Shown: in pieces, positions 42,678 through 52,476 of the stretch
Layout of the letters: each line of letters begins with the position of its first letter
Numbering within the stretch: position 1 is the first letter of the stretch
Source of the DNA: Clostridia bacterium
GTDB taxonomy: Bacteria; Bacillota; Clostridia; Christensenellales; CAG-314
Assembly (NCBI GenBank): GCA_028703495.1
Contig: JAQVMT010000004.1
Coordinates: 42,479-106,478, forward strand
Length of the DNA stretch: 64,000 nucleotides
Direction: 5' to 3'
Position numbers and translations under genes: made by a program
Notes under the pieces: generated by a model
Database searches by the model: none
Seen by the model: the letters and a program-made list of their open reading frames with translations, nothing else
Told to the model about the DNA's origin: nothing

Positions 42678-43442
42678 ATGCTTATTTATGAATACAACCG
42701 CTCTGCATTGTCTAAATATGTTTATCATCAATTAGATCGGAATTTAAGTTTTGCGCAGCATATGCACAACAGCTACGAGTTTATTTGTTGCTTGGACGGC
42801 AAGATAGAAATTCTCTTGGAAAACAAATCATACTTAATGGAAAAGGGTGACTGTGTACTTATTCAGCCTATGCGCATACACGGATACAACACTCACGATT
42901 ATTCCAAGACCTATCTATGCGTGTTCTCCCAATCATTCATTGAGGACTTTCATGAAAAGTATAAGAATTTACAACCAAAACAGTTATTGTTCAAGGTGTC
43001 CGACTATGAGCTTTTGATAGAGACTCTTAACGGCACGGAGAACGAGTATCTGCAAAAAAGTTGTTTTTATAAGATACTTTTCGCATATTCCCAAAATGAA
43101 TTTTGCGCGTACAAAGTTAAGCAATTGTCCTTAAGTCACCAAATAATCGAGTTCATCGGAGAGCATTTTACAGAGAATATATCGCTTAAAACCTTGGGAA
43201 AGGAGTTGGGGTATTCTTACACCTACCTTTCGGCGGCGATAAAGAATTCGATGGGAACCTCTTTTGTGGAATTACTAAACGGATATCGTTTAAATTATGC
43301 CAAAAAGCTCTTGAATGAAACGGATATGAACGTGACCGAAATTATCTACAAATGCGGTTTCAATAGTATTCGTTGCTTCAACCGTAATTTCAGGCTTCAA
43401 TGTAATACTACGCCCAAAAGCTTCAGACTTGCCAACCGTTAG
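42678..43442 (+). CDS. AraC-family transcriptional regulator (cupin sensor plus HTH)
   Basis: The C-terminus ISLKTLGKELGYSYTYLSAAIK...IYKCGFNSIRCFNRNF is the AraC HTH pair. Divergent from the giant protease gene. Confidence 0.85.
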   Translation: MLIYEYNRSALSKYVYHQLDRNLSFAQHMHNSYEFICCLDGKIEILLENKSYLMEKGDCVLIQPMRIHGYNTHDYSKTYLCVFSQSFIEDFHEKYKNLQPKQLLFKVSDYELLIETLNGTENEYLQKSCFYKILFAYSQNEFCAYKVKQLSLSHQIIEFIGEHFTENISLKTLGKELGYSYTYLSAAIKNSMGTSFVELLNGYRLNYAKKLLNETDMNVTEIIYKCGFNSIRCFNRNFRLQCNTTPKSFRLANR

Positions 43443-44074
43443 TCACTTATGTATTCCTTCAAACATTACGGTAGGCATATTCCCGGTTGTTGGAGTGGAT
43501 TAGCCCTCTCAAACGTTGAAAAACATTCAAACCTCCGTTCGTGGAAAAAAACTAAGCCTTTGAACGGAACAGCGTACAAAAACCTTTGAGGGTTGAAGCA
43601 AACTTAGACTCCGAACCTCACGCCACATAATGTTGTTTATCCTTAAGGTAAAGTATCGGTAAAAAAACGTGTTCTTCATCGGCAATGATTTCAAGTGTTA
43701 TTAATATTACAGCATAATTCCATCTGCACTCTCAATCTCGATTTTCGACTGTATAATCAAATTGTGTGATTTTCTCTTTCTCTTCAAGCTTATTTTCGCT
43801 TACATATTATGACATTTCGTGCGGCATAATCGGAGAGAAAGCAAAGTACAATAGAAAGAGAGACAATAAACAGAAAACGCAATTGAGGCATCAGCAAAAA
43901 AGCTGCTGTATTTTGTATGCTTACTATCAAAGTTCAAGAGAGATAAAGGCAATATGCCTTTTGCTCCTTGCAATAAAGCAAACACAAGGTATTCATATAA
44001 AAGAACTGTAAGCGCGAACTCGTGTATTCGCGCGAAAGGTAAGACATTTCCTTACGATTGCATATAAACGGTAG

Positions 44075-44097
44075 GGGCGAACCCATGTGTTCGCCCG
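44075..44097. repeat. Palindromic element GGGCGAAC-CCATGTG-GTTCGCCC in the spoIIIAA upstream region
   Basis: Perfect 8-bp inverted arms. A degenerate relative GCGCGAAC-TCGTGTA-TTCGCGC is at 44018-44040. Followed by AAAGGG-ctttt-CCCTTT at 44103-44119. Confidence 0.85.
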
Positions 44098-44133
44098 AAG
44101 GTTAAAGGGCTTTTCCCTTTACTCAGGAGCGAA

Positions 44134-45027
44134 GTGGAGATATTAAAGAAGATACTGTCGCTGTTGATTTACGAGGCAGTCAAGAGCTTTGACGGCATTT
44201 ACGAAATCAGAATGAGGGTGAACGAGCCATTGACGCTAAATGTCAAAAACAAGTACGTGTGCGTAGGCGTTAACGGCATAGCGCAGAGAAAGGACGCCAT
44301 TACCGTTACTAAAAGCACGTTGGAGAGTGTCGTTCTGAATGCTTGCAATCGATCGGTTTATGCCTATTCCGAGCAGATAAAGAGGGGATACATTAACGTC
44401 GGGCAGGGCGTAAGGATAGGTCTTTGCGGCGAAACGGTTATGGAGAACGGACGGGTTATTTCGGTAAAAAATCCCGTCGCTCTTAACATCCGAATTCCTC
44501 ACGCGGTGAAAGGTTGTTGCAAGCCGCTTCTTAGATACCTCGAGCCGCTCAAAAGCGTGCTGATTGTATCGCCCTGCGGATGTGGCAAAACGACATTCTT
44601 AAGGGATTTAGCTATGGAATTGGGAAGCTCTTCGCGCGTAGACAACATAATGATAATCGACGAAAGGGGAGAGCTTGCGGGAGTAACCGAGGGCGAAAGC
44701 CTTTTTCATATACCCAAAGCCGACGTTTTGACAAATTGCGATAAAAAAACCGCAATCGAAAACGCCTTGCGGACGATGAACCCCGATATATTAGTAACAG
44801 ACGAGCTGTTTTTGCACGACATGGATAACATCAACGTATGCGCCAACGGCGGTGTCAAGGTATTTGCCAGTATTCACGCGGCAAGCTTCGAGGAGCTCGA
44901 CAGGCGCATCTCTACCGAAGCGTTGAACAAGATTTTCGAGCTGTATGTGTTCTTGAGCAAACGCAAGGGCGCGGGCACCTTCGAAGGGGTATTCGACCGC
45001 AACGGTAAACGCTTGGATGCGAATTAG
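44134..45027 (+). CDS. spoIIIAA: Stage III sporulation protein AA (ATPase)
   Basis: Walker A SPCGCGKTTFLRDLA and Walker B ILVTDEL. N-terminus EEIRMRVNEPL. GTG start. Confidence 0.88.
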   Translation: MEILKKILSLLIYEAVKSFDGIYEIRMRVNEPLTLNVKNKYVCVGVNGIAQRKDAITVTKSTLESVVLNACNRSVYAYSEQIKRGYINVGQGVRIGLCGETVMENGRVISVKNPVALNIRIPHAVKGCCKPLLRYLEPLKSVLIVSPCGCGKTTFLRDLAMELGSSSRVDNIMIIDERGELAGVTEGESLFHIPKADVLTNCDKKTAIENALRTMNPDILVTDELFLHDMDNINVCANGGVKVFASIHAASFEELDRRISTEALNKIFELYVFLSKRKGAGTFEGVFDRNGKRLDAN

Positions 45028-45136
45028 CCTTATATGCAAAGCAATCGGACGACATAAGGCGTTGAGGAGGAGCCAGGCACCTACTTAGGAGGGCTTGCAG
45101 CAATAATCAACGGGAAAAGCGCACAGGCATAAGTAT

Positions 45137-45649
45137 ATGCAAGACGGCGAACGCGTCGGAGGAAAGGACAGTGTGGTAAAAGCGATTCTTTGTGCGACAA
45201 TAGTTTTTTCCATGGGATATGTTTCCTTTGCTATCGGAAGGATGTACAGGAGAAAGGTTAGATTTTACGAGGAATTGCTTGCGTTTATCGCGGCATTGAA
45301 AATCGACATCAACTATAAGCAAAGCTTAATTGCAGACTTTGCGGGGAGCTTTGCTTGCTCGTCGGAGCTAACCGAAATTTTGGAGCTTTTTGCGTCGAAC
45401 AAAGCAGAGCCTTGCGGAGCGGCTATCGTGTTGAAGATATTTGGCGACGAGGAAAATGCAGAAATAGAGGAGTTTTTCTCGTATTTGGGAAAGAGCGATG
45501 CGGTTGCGCAAACCTCGCATTTGGATTTTTATGCTATCAGATTCGAGGAAAGATTGTGCACGGCAAAACAAAAATTGCAATCGGAGGGCAGGCTTTACGC
45601 GAAGCTGGGAATAATGCTGGCTTTGTTTATATGCCTGATTATCATATGA
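45137..45649 (+). CDS. spoIIIAB: Stage III sporulation protein AB
   Basis: About 170 aa, with N- and C-terminal TM helices. Position and size match SpoIIIAB. Confidence 0.75.
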   Translation: MQDGERVGGKDSVVKAILCATIVFSMGYVSFAIGRMYRRKVRFYEELLAFIAALKIDINYKQSLIADFAGSFACSSELTEILELFASNKAEPCGAAIVLKIFGDEENAEIEEFFSYLGKSDAVAQTSHLDFYAIRFEERLCTAKQKLQSEGRLYAKLGIMLALFICLIII

Positions 45650-45846
45650 GCATGGGAATCGAAGTTATATTCAAGATTGCTGCGATAGGGTTGATAACGG
45701 CGGTTGTCAATATTTTGCTGAAAAAAGCAGACAAGGACGAGCTTGCTACGCTCACGACAATCGCCGCGCTGGTTATTGTATTGCTGATAGTGGTGGATAT
45801 GCTGATACAACTCTTTTCCACACTTCAGGACTTGTTCAATTTTTGA
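45646..45846 (+). CDS. spoIIIAC: Stage III sporulation protein AC
   Basis: 66-aa two-TM protein MSMGIEVIFKIAAIGLITAVVNILLKKADKDE. Overlaps the spoIIIAB stop. Confidence 0.8.
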   Translation: MSMGIEVIFKIAAIGLITAVVNILLKKADKDELATLTTIAALVIVLLIVVDMLIQLFSTLQDLFNF

Positions 45847-45885
45847 GTTGTTGCTTGGCGTATACGGGATTTTACATGGTGAAAA

Positions 45886-46278
45886 ATGGGGTTTGTTCAA
45901 ATTCTGGGATTGGGCTTGATTGTGACGATGGCGATAGTGCTGCTCAAGCAAAGTCGCCCCGAGCTGGCTGTGCTTATCGGAATAGCCGGCGGAGTCGCAA
46001 TAATCATTCTCGTGATGGACGAGTTGTTCACGGTAGTCTACGCATTCTACGAGCTTGCAGAGCAAACAGGACTAAGCGACGGCATTTTCAAAAGCGTGCT
46101 GAAGATAATCGGCATAGGCTACCTCGCAGAGTTTTCCGCAAATATTTGTCTTGACGCAGGCAGTAAGAGCGTGGGCGAAAAGATTCTTTTTGCCGCGAAG
46201 GTTATCATAATGATTTCGGCTTTGCCGATACTTCAATCGCTGGTGGACGTAATTGCTTCTTTGCTGCAAATGACGTAA
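45886..46278 (+). CDS. spoIIIAD: Stage III sporulation protein AD
   Basis: ILGLGLIVTMAIVLLKQSRPE...KIIGIGYLAEFSANICLDAG is the SpoIIIAD pattern. Confidence 0.85.
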   Translation: MGFVQILGLGLIVTMAIVLLKQSRPELAVLIGIAGGVAIIILVMDELFTVVYAFYELAEQTGLSDGIFKSVLKIIGIGYLAEFSANICLDAGSKSVGEKILFAAKVIIMISALPILQSLVDVIASLLQMT

Positions 46279-46376
46279 CTCTAAATTCATCGGTCATATG
46301 TCGCGGCGTGGCACAAGCCTCGGGCTTTCGGGACGGAAAAACATCGAAAATCGCGTATAAGCGTGCGGTTGCGTAA

Positions 46377-47729
46377 ATGAGAATTGTTAAAAAATTACTC
46401 GGGTTTGCGGTAAAAACCATAATTATTGCAATTTTGCTTGCGATTATGTATTTTGCCGGTTATTGTGCAGGCAAGTACAAGAGCGACGAAAAGTCGAACG
46501 AAACGGGTGCCGATGCGGCTTTATCGAAATCGCTTCCGACTTATTGCTCTGCGTATGCCGCAAGCAACTCTTTCGCAGCGACATCAAAGGCTTGGCAAGG
46601 CTCTAAGGTCGGGTTGCTCTCCATATATGCGGACGGCACAGAGAAGTCAGTAGAGGAGCAATTGGACGAGGAGGTCGAAAAGCAGCTTGAACAGCTCATA
46701 ATCGAGGAGTTAGAGGCTTTGACCGAGGAGGAAGACACGGGGTTAATGGAAGGAGGCTTCGCCCAAAAGGTCAAATCGATTATAAACGGAGATTTCAAGC
46801 TTAATTCCGCTTCCTTTTTGGAAGCCTTGCTGAACTTGATTTTTAAGGATTTTTTGGAGCTCATTCCGACGTTAGGCGGCATTTTGGCTATCTGTGTTTT
46901 GAGTAGTGTTATCGTAAAGTTCAAGAGTAACGCTATGGAGTCTACGAACGATACGGTTTTTTATGCCTGTTACGGCTTAATAATCATCCTGACGTTGAGC
47001 GGCGTTTGGAGTCTGTATAAACTCACGTCCGACACGGTCGGGAAGATGCAAAGGCTTATGGAGGGGTTGATGCCCGTGTTGCTTACCTTTATGGTTGCAT
47101 TGGGCGGTAACGTAAGCGCGAAGGTTTACCAGCCCGCAATCGCGCTTTTGAGTAACGGCGTAGCAACGATAATTTTTAAAGCGGTGATGCCGTTGTTTAT
47201 AGTATCGGTGATATTTACCATACTGTCCAACCTTTCAAAAAACGTTCGGCTGGACAAATTCGCTTCCTTTTTTCGATCGGCGACGACCTGGATAATTGGA
47301 ATCACCTTTACGATTTTCACTTCTTTTCTGACTATGCAGGGCTTGACGGCTTCGACAATCGACGGAGTAAGTATTCGAGCGGCAAAGTTTGCCACAAAAA
47401 ATTACATACCGATTTTGGGCGGCTACCTAAGCGACGGCTTCGACCTGATTATGTCGAGTACAATGCTTATAAAAAATGCTTTCGGAGTAGCAGGCTTGGT
47501 GCTTTTGATTGTAGTCGTGCTTGCGCCGATAGTTAAAATATTGGCGTATATCATGGGTTTGAAGCTCATCTCCGCTATTACCGAACCGATAGCCGACAAG
47601 CGCATAACCTCGTTGCTATTCGACACGGCAAAGAATATGAATATACTTTTTGTGGTTGTGCTTGCGGTGGCGTTTATGTTTCTGATTACGGTAATGCTGA
47701 TTATTATGACCGGCAACGTGTTTACATAA
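46377..47729 (+). CDS. spoIIIAE: Stage III sporulation protein AE
   Basis: About 450-aa polytopic membrane protein with signal/TM at the N-terminus. Size and position as for SpoIIIAE. Confidence 0.8.
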   Translation: MRIVKKLLGFAVKTIIIAILLAIMYFAGYCAGKYKSDEKSNETGADAALSKSLPTYCSAYAASNSFAATSKAWQGSKVGLLSIYADGTEKSVEEQLDEEVEKQLEQLIIEELEALTEEEDTGLMEGGFAQKVKSIINGDFKLNSASFLEALLNLIFKDFLELIPTLGGILAICVLSSVIVKFKSNAMESTNDTVFYACYGLIIILTLSGVWSLYKLTSDTVGKMQRLMEGLMPVLLTFMVALGGNVSAKVYQPAIALLSNGVATIIFKAVMPLFIVSVIFTILSNLSKNVRLDKFASFFRSATTWIIGITFTIFTSFLTMQGLTASTIDGVSIRAAKFATKNYIPILGGYLSDGFDLIMSSTMLIKNAFGVAGLVLLIVVVLAPIVKILAYIMGLKLISAITEPIADKRITSLLFDTAKNMNILFVVVLAVAFMFLITVMLIIMTGNVFT

Positions 47730-48068
47730 ATATAGGGAATGGTGTTGCTCGGCAAGCAGTTATAATAATTAGACACCGGAACCACAAGCAATCAAAAGTG
47801 CAAAGGCACGTAAAGGCAAGCAATCAAAAGTGCAAAGCAACGTAGTTTTAAGTAAACTATATTGAGCGGCACAGTTAGTTCAAGTAAACTCAATCGGGCG
47901 GAGTTGTAACGGCGATCAAACATAATCGGGTGGCACCGTAATTTTAGTAAACTATATTGAGCGGCACAGAAACTATAGGCAAGCTTATATCGGGCGGAGT
48001 AGTAAAGGCAGGTTCGAACAGGCAATATTTTAAAGAGGCGCGGTGTTTGGACATGGCGAAGGAGAAAA

Positions 48069-48545
48069 ATGGCGTTATCGGCTTGGGTATTTTGTATTAC
48101 GGGAGTGGCGGTGCTTACGCTGATGGTAGACGTCTTGTTGCCGTCGGGCGATACCGCAAAGTACATAAAAGCGGTGTTTTCGCTCTTGACCGTGCTTATA
48201 TTGACATTGCCTATTCCGTCCATTTTGCGCGGAGAAACCTCAATAAGCTTTGAGGTTGCAGAGGTAGAAATTCAAGAGGGCTTTATCGACTACTTAACGC
48301 AGTCCAAGCTCGAGGTTGTCCAATCCGAAGCGGAGTATATATTAACGCAAAACGGAATCGAAGCAAGCGTTACCGCCTACGGCGAATTAACGGGCGGAAA
48401 CATCGAGCTTATTCTTTTGGAAATATATGTAAGCGGAGTAATAAACAACCAATCCTCACATATAGTAGTTAGTGAAAAAATAGAAAATTGCCTTGCGACT
48501 AAAGTCTATATCGATAAGAACATTATCAGCGTGATTTTCGTTTAA
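48069..48545 (+). CDS. spoIIIAF: Stage III sporulation protein AF
   Basis: MVDVLLPSGDTAKYIKAVFSLLTVLIL resembles B. subtilis SpoIIIAF VIDMLLPSSSMQKYAKMVVSLLLIV. Confidence 0.8.
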   Translation: MALSAWVFCITGVAVLTLMVDVLLPSGDTAKYIKAVFSLLTVLILTLPIPSILRGETSISFEVAEVEIQEGFIDYLTQSKLEVVQSEAEYILTQNGIEASVTAYGELTGGNIELILLEIYVSGVINNQSSHIVVSEKIENCLATKVYIDKNIISVIFV

Positions 48546-48622
48546 GTATCTATAAACGATATACGCAGTCGAAACGAGGTCGACGATATCAATAAGCTTA
48601 AAAAGGCTTTGTCAAGGGGTAA

Positions 48623-49138
48623 ATGCAGTGCAAAAAGCTTGAGGACAAAGGGTTAACGATGGAAAAGTCGGGTTTTTTTAAGAAGCTGAAAGGTGTGAAA
48701 AATATCGAGCTTATTTTTCTTATCGTGGTAGTTGCGGTGGTTGCACTGCTGTTTTTGGGAAACAAAGAGGAAACCGTCACTACGGATTTTCAAAGCTACG
48801 TTCTCAACCAGCAAAAGAGCCTGGAGGAGGTTATACATAAGATAGACGGCGTGGGAAGGGTAAGCGTTTTGATTACTTATTCCTGCGGAAGCGAGCAGGT
48901 TTACGCATATGAGGAGGTAACCGAAACCAAAAACGGAGTTACAAAGACTACAAAAGAGATGGTATATGTATCGGGCAAGCCTGTCGTGCTATACGAGCTT
49001 GCACCGGTGGTGAGCGGCATAATAGTGGTGGCAGAGGGCGCGGAGAACGCATTGGTAAAGCTGACTATTATTAAAGCAGTGATCGCGCTTATCGACGTGC
49101 CTGTGGCGAATATAGAGGTCTTTGCGTACGGAGGTTGA
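48623..49138 (+). CDS. spoIIIAG: Stage III sporulation protein AG
   Basis: C-terminus VSGIIVVAEGAENALVKLTIIKAVIALIDVPVANIEV is the SpoIIIAG ring-building motif. The start may be 48659. Confidence 0.8.
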   Translation: MQCKKLEDKGLTMEKSGFFKKLKGVKNIELIFLIVVVAVVALLFLGNKEETVTTDFQSYVLNQQKSLEEVIHKIDGVGRVSVLITYSCGSEQVYAYEEVTETKNGVTKTTKEMVYVSGKPVVLYELAPVVSGIIVVAEGAENALVKLTIIKAVIALIDVPVANIEVFAYGG

Positions 49139-49363
49139 TCGAGTTTATCGGGATACCTCGCGGCGTTTGACATAAAGGATACTAAGCAGCTTCATTTTAT
49201 GTAATTTCAGAGGGCGGCTTTTCGGGAGGGTTTGAAAAATACTAGGGCGTAGGCTACTGCGTTCGGGTGTTTTTGAAGGATTATCGAAAAGCTGCCGTAG
49301 AAATAGAATCCGAAGCAAATTAGTATATAAAACATTGAAAGGATCGGAGCAAGGAGGAGGACA

Positions 49364-49903
49364 ATGAAACTGAAATCAATTTTCACGCGTAAGAATCAAA
49401 AAGAGGGTGCAACCGTCAAGGACGGCATGAGCAGAAGCAAAAAGATTATAATTGCAACCGCAATGGTTTTGGTGTTGGCTCTGGCTGCATATCTGAACAT
49501 AGTGCTGCTAGACGGCGGAGCGCAAGCCGTATCGGGTGACGAAGTGAGCGGTGACATCTTTATGACGTACCGCGCAAACAGGCAAACCTCGCGCAATGAG
49601 GAAATCTCGAGCTTGGAAGCGGTATTGGCGTTGACGGGAAGCGAGTACGAAGAAAGCCGCAAGGAAGCCGCCAACAGTATGCTTAAAATAGTCGAGCTTA
49701 TGGAAACCGAGCTGATTTTGGAAAGCTTGATAAAGGCGAAGGGCTACGACGATGCGGTAGTAAATATGGGCATATACTCGGAGAACGTAAACGTAATGAT
49801 TAAGTGCGACGAGCTTACGCGTCAAGACACCGCGATAATATATTCGATAATAGCAGAAGAAACCGGAATCGATCCCAATTGCGTCAAAATCATACAGGTG
49901 TAG
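49364..49903 (+). CDS. spoIIIAH: Stage III sporulation protein AH
   Basis: N-terminal TM helix, then a YscJ/FliF-like domain. It is the last gene of the operon. Confidence 0.75.
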   Translation: MKLKSIFTRKNQKEGATVKDGMSRSKKIIIATAMVLVLALAAYLNIVLLDGGAQAVSGDEVSGDIFMTYRANRQTSRNEEISSLEAVLALTGSEYEESRKEAANSMLKIVELMETELILESLIKAKGYDDAVVNMGIYSENVNVMIKCDELTRQDTAIIYSIIAEETGIDPNCVKIIQV

Positions 49904-50008
49904 AGTTTATCACCACTGCGGTACGGTTAGGAAAAATTAACGGCAAAAAAAGCATAATTAACACGCAACAAGGCTGATTTAACGGCACTGCAAGGGAGAA
50001 TAAACTAC

Positions 50009-50360
50009 ACGGCAAGGCAGTACAACTTGATTGAGGTTGCGTTTACGTGACGGCAAACCTGACTTTTCGTGATATGCACCTTATCCGGTTTGAATAATTG
50101 TAGGGGCGAACCTATGTGTTCGCCCGCATTACGAAAAAGCCTTCAAAAAGAATCGAGCACGCAAAAGCCTCAATCACGATACGGCAAGGCAGTACAACTT
50201 GATTGAGGTTGCGTTTACGTGATGGCAAATCTGACTTTTCGTGATATGCACCTTATCCGGTTTGAATAATTGTAGGGGCGAACCTATGTGTTCGCCCGCA
50301 TTACGAAAAAGCCATCAATAAGAAGCGAGCACGCAAAAGCCTCAATCACGATACGGCAAT
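50009..50360. repeat. Tandem repeat, 172-nt unit x2, each carrying the palindromic element
   Basis: acggcaaggcagtacaacttgattgaggttgcgtttacgtga.ggcaaa.ctgacttttcgtgatatgcaccttatccggtttgaataattgtaggggcgaacctatgtgttcgcccgcattacgaaaaagcc... at 50009 and 50181. Palindromes at 50104-50125 and 50276-50297. Confidence 0.9.
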
Positions 50361-50375
50361 GCTTATTTCTAAGCT

Positions 50376-50624
50376 TTACAGCTTCGACAACGAATTATCT
50401 TTTACCTGCCTTACCGAAATCAAAAAGGATTGGCCGTTATTAAACGATATCTTCAAGGCGGTTCCGTCCTCAACAAAGGTTGCCGCATAGTATTCTTTCA
50501 TAATAAATTTCTTATCTAATAAGATGTCTCTTTCGTCCAAACGCCAAGTAGTATTCGTCATCTCGCGCAGAGTGGTCGCGCCCTGGTTGTCAACAGAAAT
50601 ATCTTTATCTTTTTCCATAATCAA
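50376..50624 (-). CDS. Small hypothetical protein (82 aa)
   Basis: ORF only. No recognisable motif. Divergent from the XRE gene. Confidence 0.35.
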   Translation of the reverse strand: MIMEKDKDISVDNQGATTLREMTNTTWRLDERDILLDKKFIMKEYYAATFVEDGTALKISFNNGQSFLISVRQVKDNSLSKL

Positions 50625-50764
50625 ACTCCTTGTCTAAGAATCAAATATTTTATGTATTATACAACAAATAATCAGTTTGCGCAAGTACTTCGTGCATACG
50701 AAGTATATTTTTACCATAAAAAATATACTTATATAGTGAAGAGTAGTTGTGGTGGGGTTGTAGT

Positions 50765-51004
50765 ATGACGTTATCTATGGCAGTTGCAGAGAGAATAGAG
50801 CAGTTATTGACAGAACACGATATGACACAGTATAGGCTTTCGATGAGGAGCGGTGTTGCGCAGTCGTCAATAAGCGATATGCGCGCGGCGAAAAACCAGA
50901 CGCCGAATTTGTTCCTAATTTACGAGTTATCGCAAGGATTCGGAATAACGCTTGCAGACTTTTTCGACAGCCCGACTTTCCGTGATGATTCCATTACAGA
51001 TTAA
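50765..51004 (+). CDS. XRE-family helix-turn-helix transcriptional regulator
   Basis: MTQYRLSMRSGVAQSSISDM is the HTH_3 pattern. Confidence 0.65.
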   Translation: MTLSMAVAERIEQLLTEHDMTQYRLSMRSGVAQSSISDMRAAKNQTPNLFLIYELSQGFGITLADFFDSPTFRDDSITD

Positions 51005-51179
51005 TAATGTATTAAGAATTATTTGCTAAAGATTACTTGCCTCAACCAAGTGCAACGCATTTCGGCAATAGGAGCTTACTTAAGGTTGTGCGCGTTTAAA
51101 AAAAGTAAGCCCGAAAGAGGTATGCGCTGTGTAGTCGTTTTCCCAAGTGTTTTTTGTGACGGAGGTTATGTAAATAAGA

Positions 51180-51962
51180 ATGAAAATTGCATTGATACAA
51201 ATGGCTGTGGGAAGGAGTAAAAGCAAGAATATTGCCGCCGCCGTCGATCTCATCGGTCAAGCCAAGACGGCGGGCGCAGAAGTTGCGGTATTGCCTGAGA
51301 TGTTTTGTTGCCCGTACGCCAACGCCGAGTTTATAGCCAACGCCGAGGAAAGGGACGGCGAAGCTCAAACCGCGCTGAAAGAAGCCGCCGCCGCGCAAAA
51401 AATCTATGTTATCGGCGGTTCCATTCCCGAAAAAGAGGACGGGAAGCTATTCAACAGCTGTTTTATCTTCAACGACAGCGGCGAAACGATCGCGCGGCAC
51501 AGAAAAATCCATTTGTTCGACATAAATGCCGAGGGGCAGTTTTTCCGTGAATCGGATACTTTTTCCGCCGGAAGTCAAGCTACGGTTTTCGACACACCGT
51601 ACGGCAAAATAGGTGTATGTATTTGCTTCGATATGCGCTTTGAGGAGCTTTGCCACGAAATGATGCTTTCGGGTGCAGAGGTTATTGTTGCTCCCGCCGC
51701 CTTCAATATGACGACAGGCCCCGCGCATTGGGAATTGCTTTTCAGACAACGCGCCGTTGACAATCAGCTTTTCACCATCGGGGTTTCGCCGTCGAGAAAC
51801 AGAAGGGCGTCCTATGTGGCTTACGGTAATTCGATTGCGGTCGATCCGTGGGGCAGGGTTATCGTCCGCGCCGGTTCCCGTCCGCAGCTGCTTATTGCGG
51901 AGTTGGAATTGCCACAAATTGCAAAGGTTCGCGCCGCCCTACCTATCGTCAATTTGACGTAA
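51180..51962 (+). CDS. Carbon-nitrogen hydrolase (nitrilase superfamily, omega-amidase-like)
   Basis: MKIALIQM...LPEMF (Glu)...HRKIHLFD (Lys)...GVCICFDMRFEE (Cys) is the catalytic E-K-C triad pattern. Confidence 0.85.
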   Translation: MKIALIQMAVGRSKSKNIAAAVDLIGQAKTAGAEVAVLPEMFCCPYANAEFIANAEERDGEAQTALKEAAAAQKIYVIGGSIPEKEDGKLFNSCFIFNDSGETIARHRKIHLFDINAEGQFFRESDTFSAGSQATVFDTPYGKIGVCICFDMRFEELCHEMMLSGAEVIVAPAAFNMTTGPAHWELLFRQRAVDNQLFTIGVSPSRNRRASYVAYGNSIAVDPWGRVIVRAGSRPQLLIAELELPQIAKVRAALPIVNLT

Positions 51963-52476
51963 TTGCCAATTACCGTGAAACGCGATAGGTTTGATATAAA
52001 GCCCGAACAAACACAAAGAAAAAGCGGTGCCCATATGTTTAGAGCAACAAAGATTGACTTTTGTTTTTAAAGTGGTAGTGGGAAGGCCGAAAAGAATCGC
52101 CTTTCCCACTATTATTTCCAATTACAAAATTGCCTTTCCCCTTACTCTTTAATTTGATATACGAATCGGGTTTCCGCTGTTATTTTTGATTACTGAATCG
52201 GGCATCCAATTATTCGGCATTTTGGGACATCGAATTCAATAATATTATTAGTTTTTCCGAAAACACTTTTGTCTTTGTGTAATACTCAAGTTTTCGGCAT
52301 TTTGGGACATCGAAAATAAATATTTTTCAAGATTTTTTGTATAAGCACAGTGTGCATAAAGAATATAGCAAAACCGCACAGTTACCTTTTTGAGCAATTG
52401 TGCGGTTAATATTCAATTCCGATGTATCTGATACTAATCCACTCGCCAAAATGCTGAAATTAGGCGTTACTTAGTA

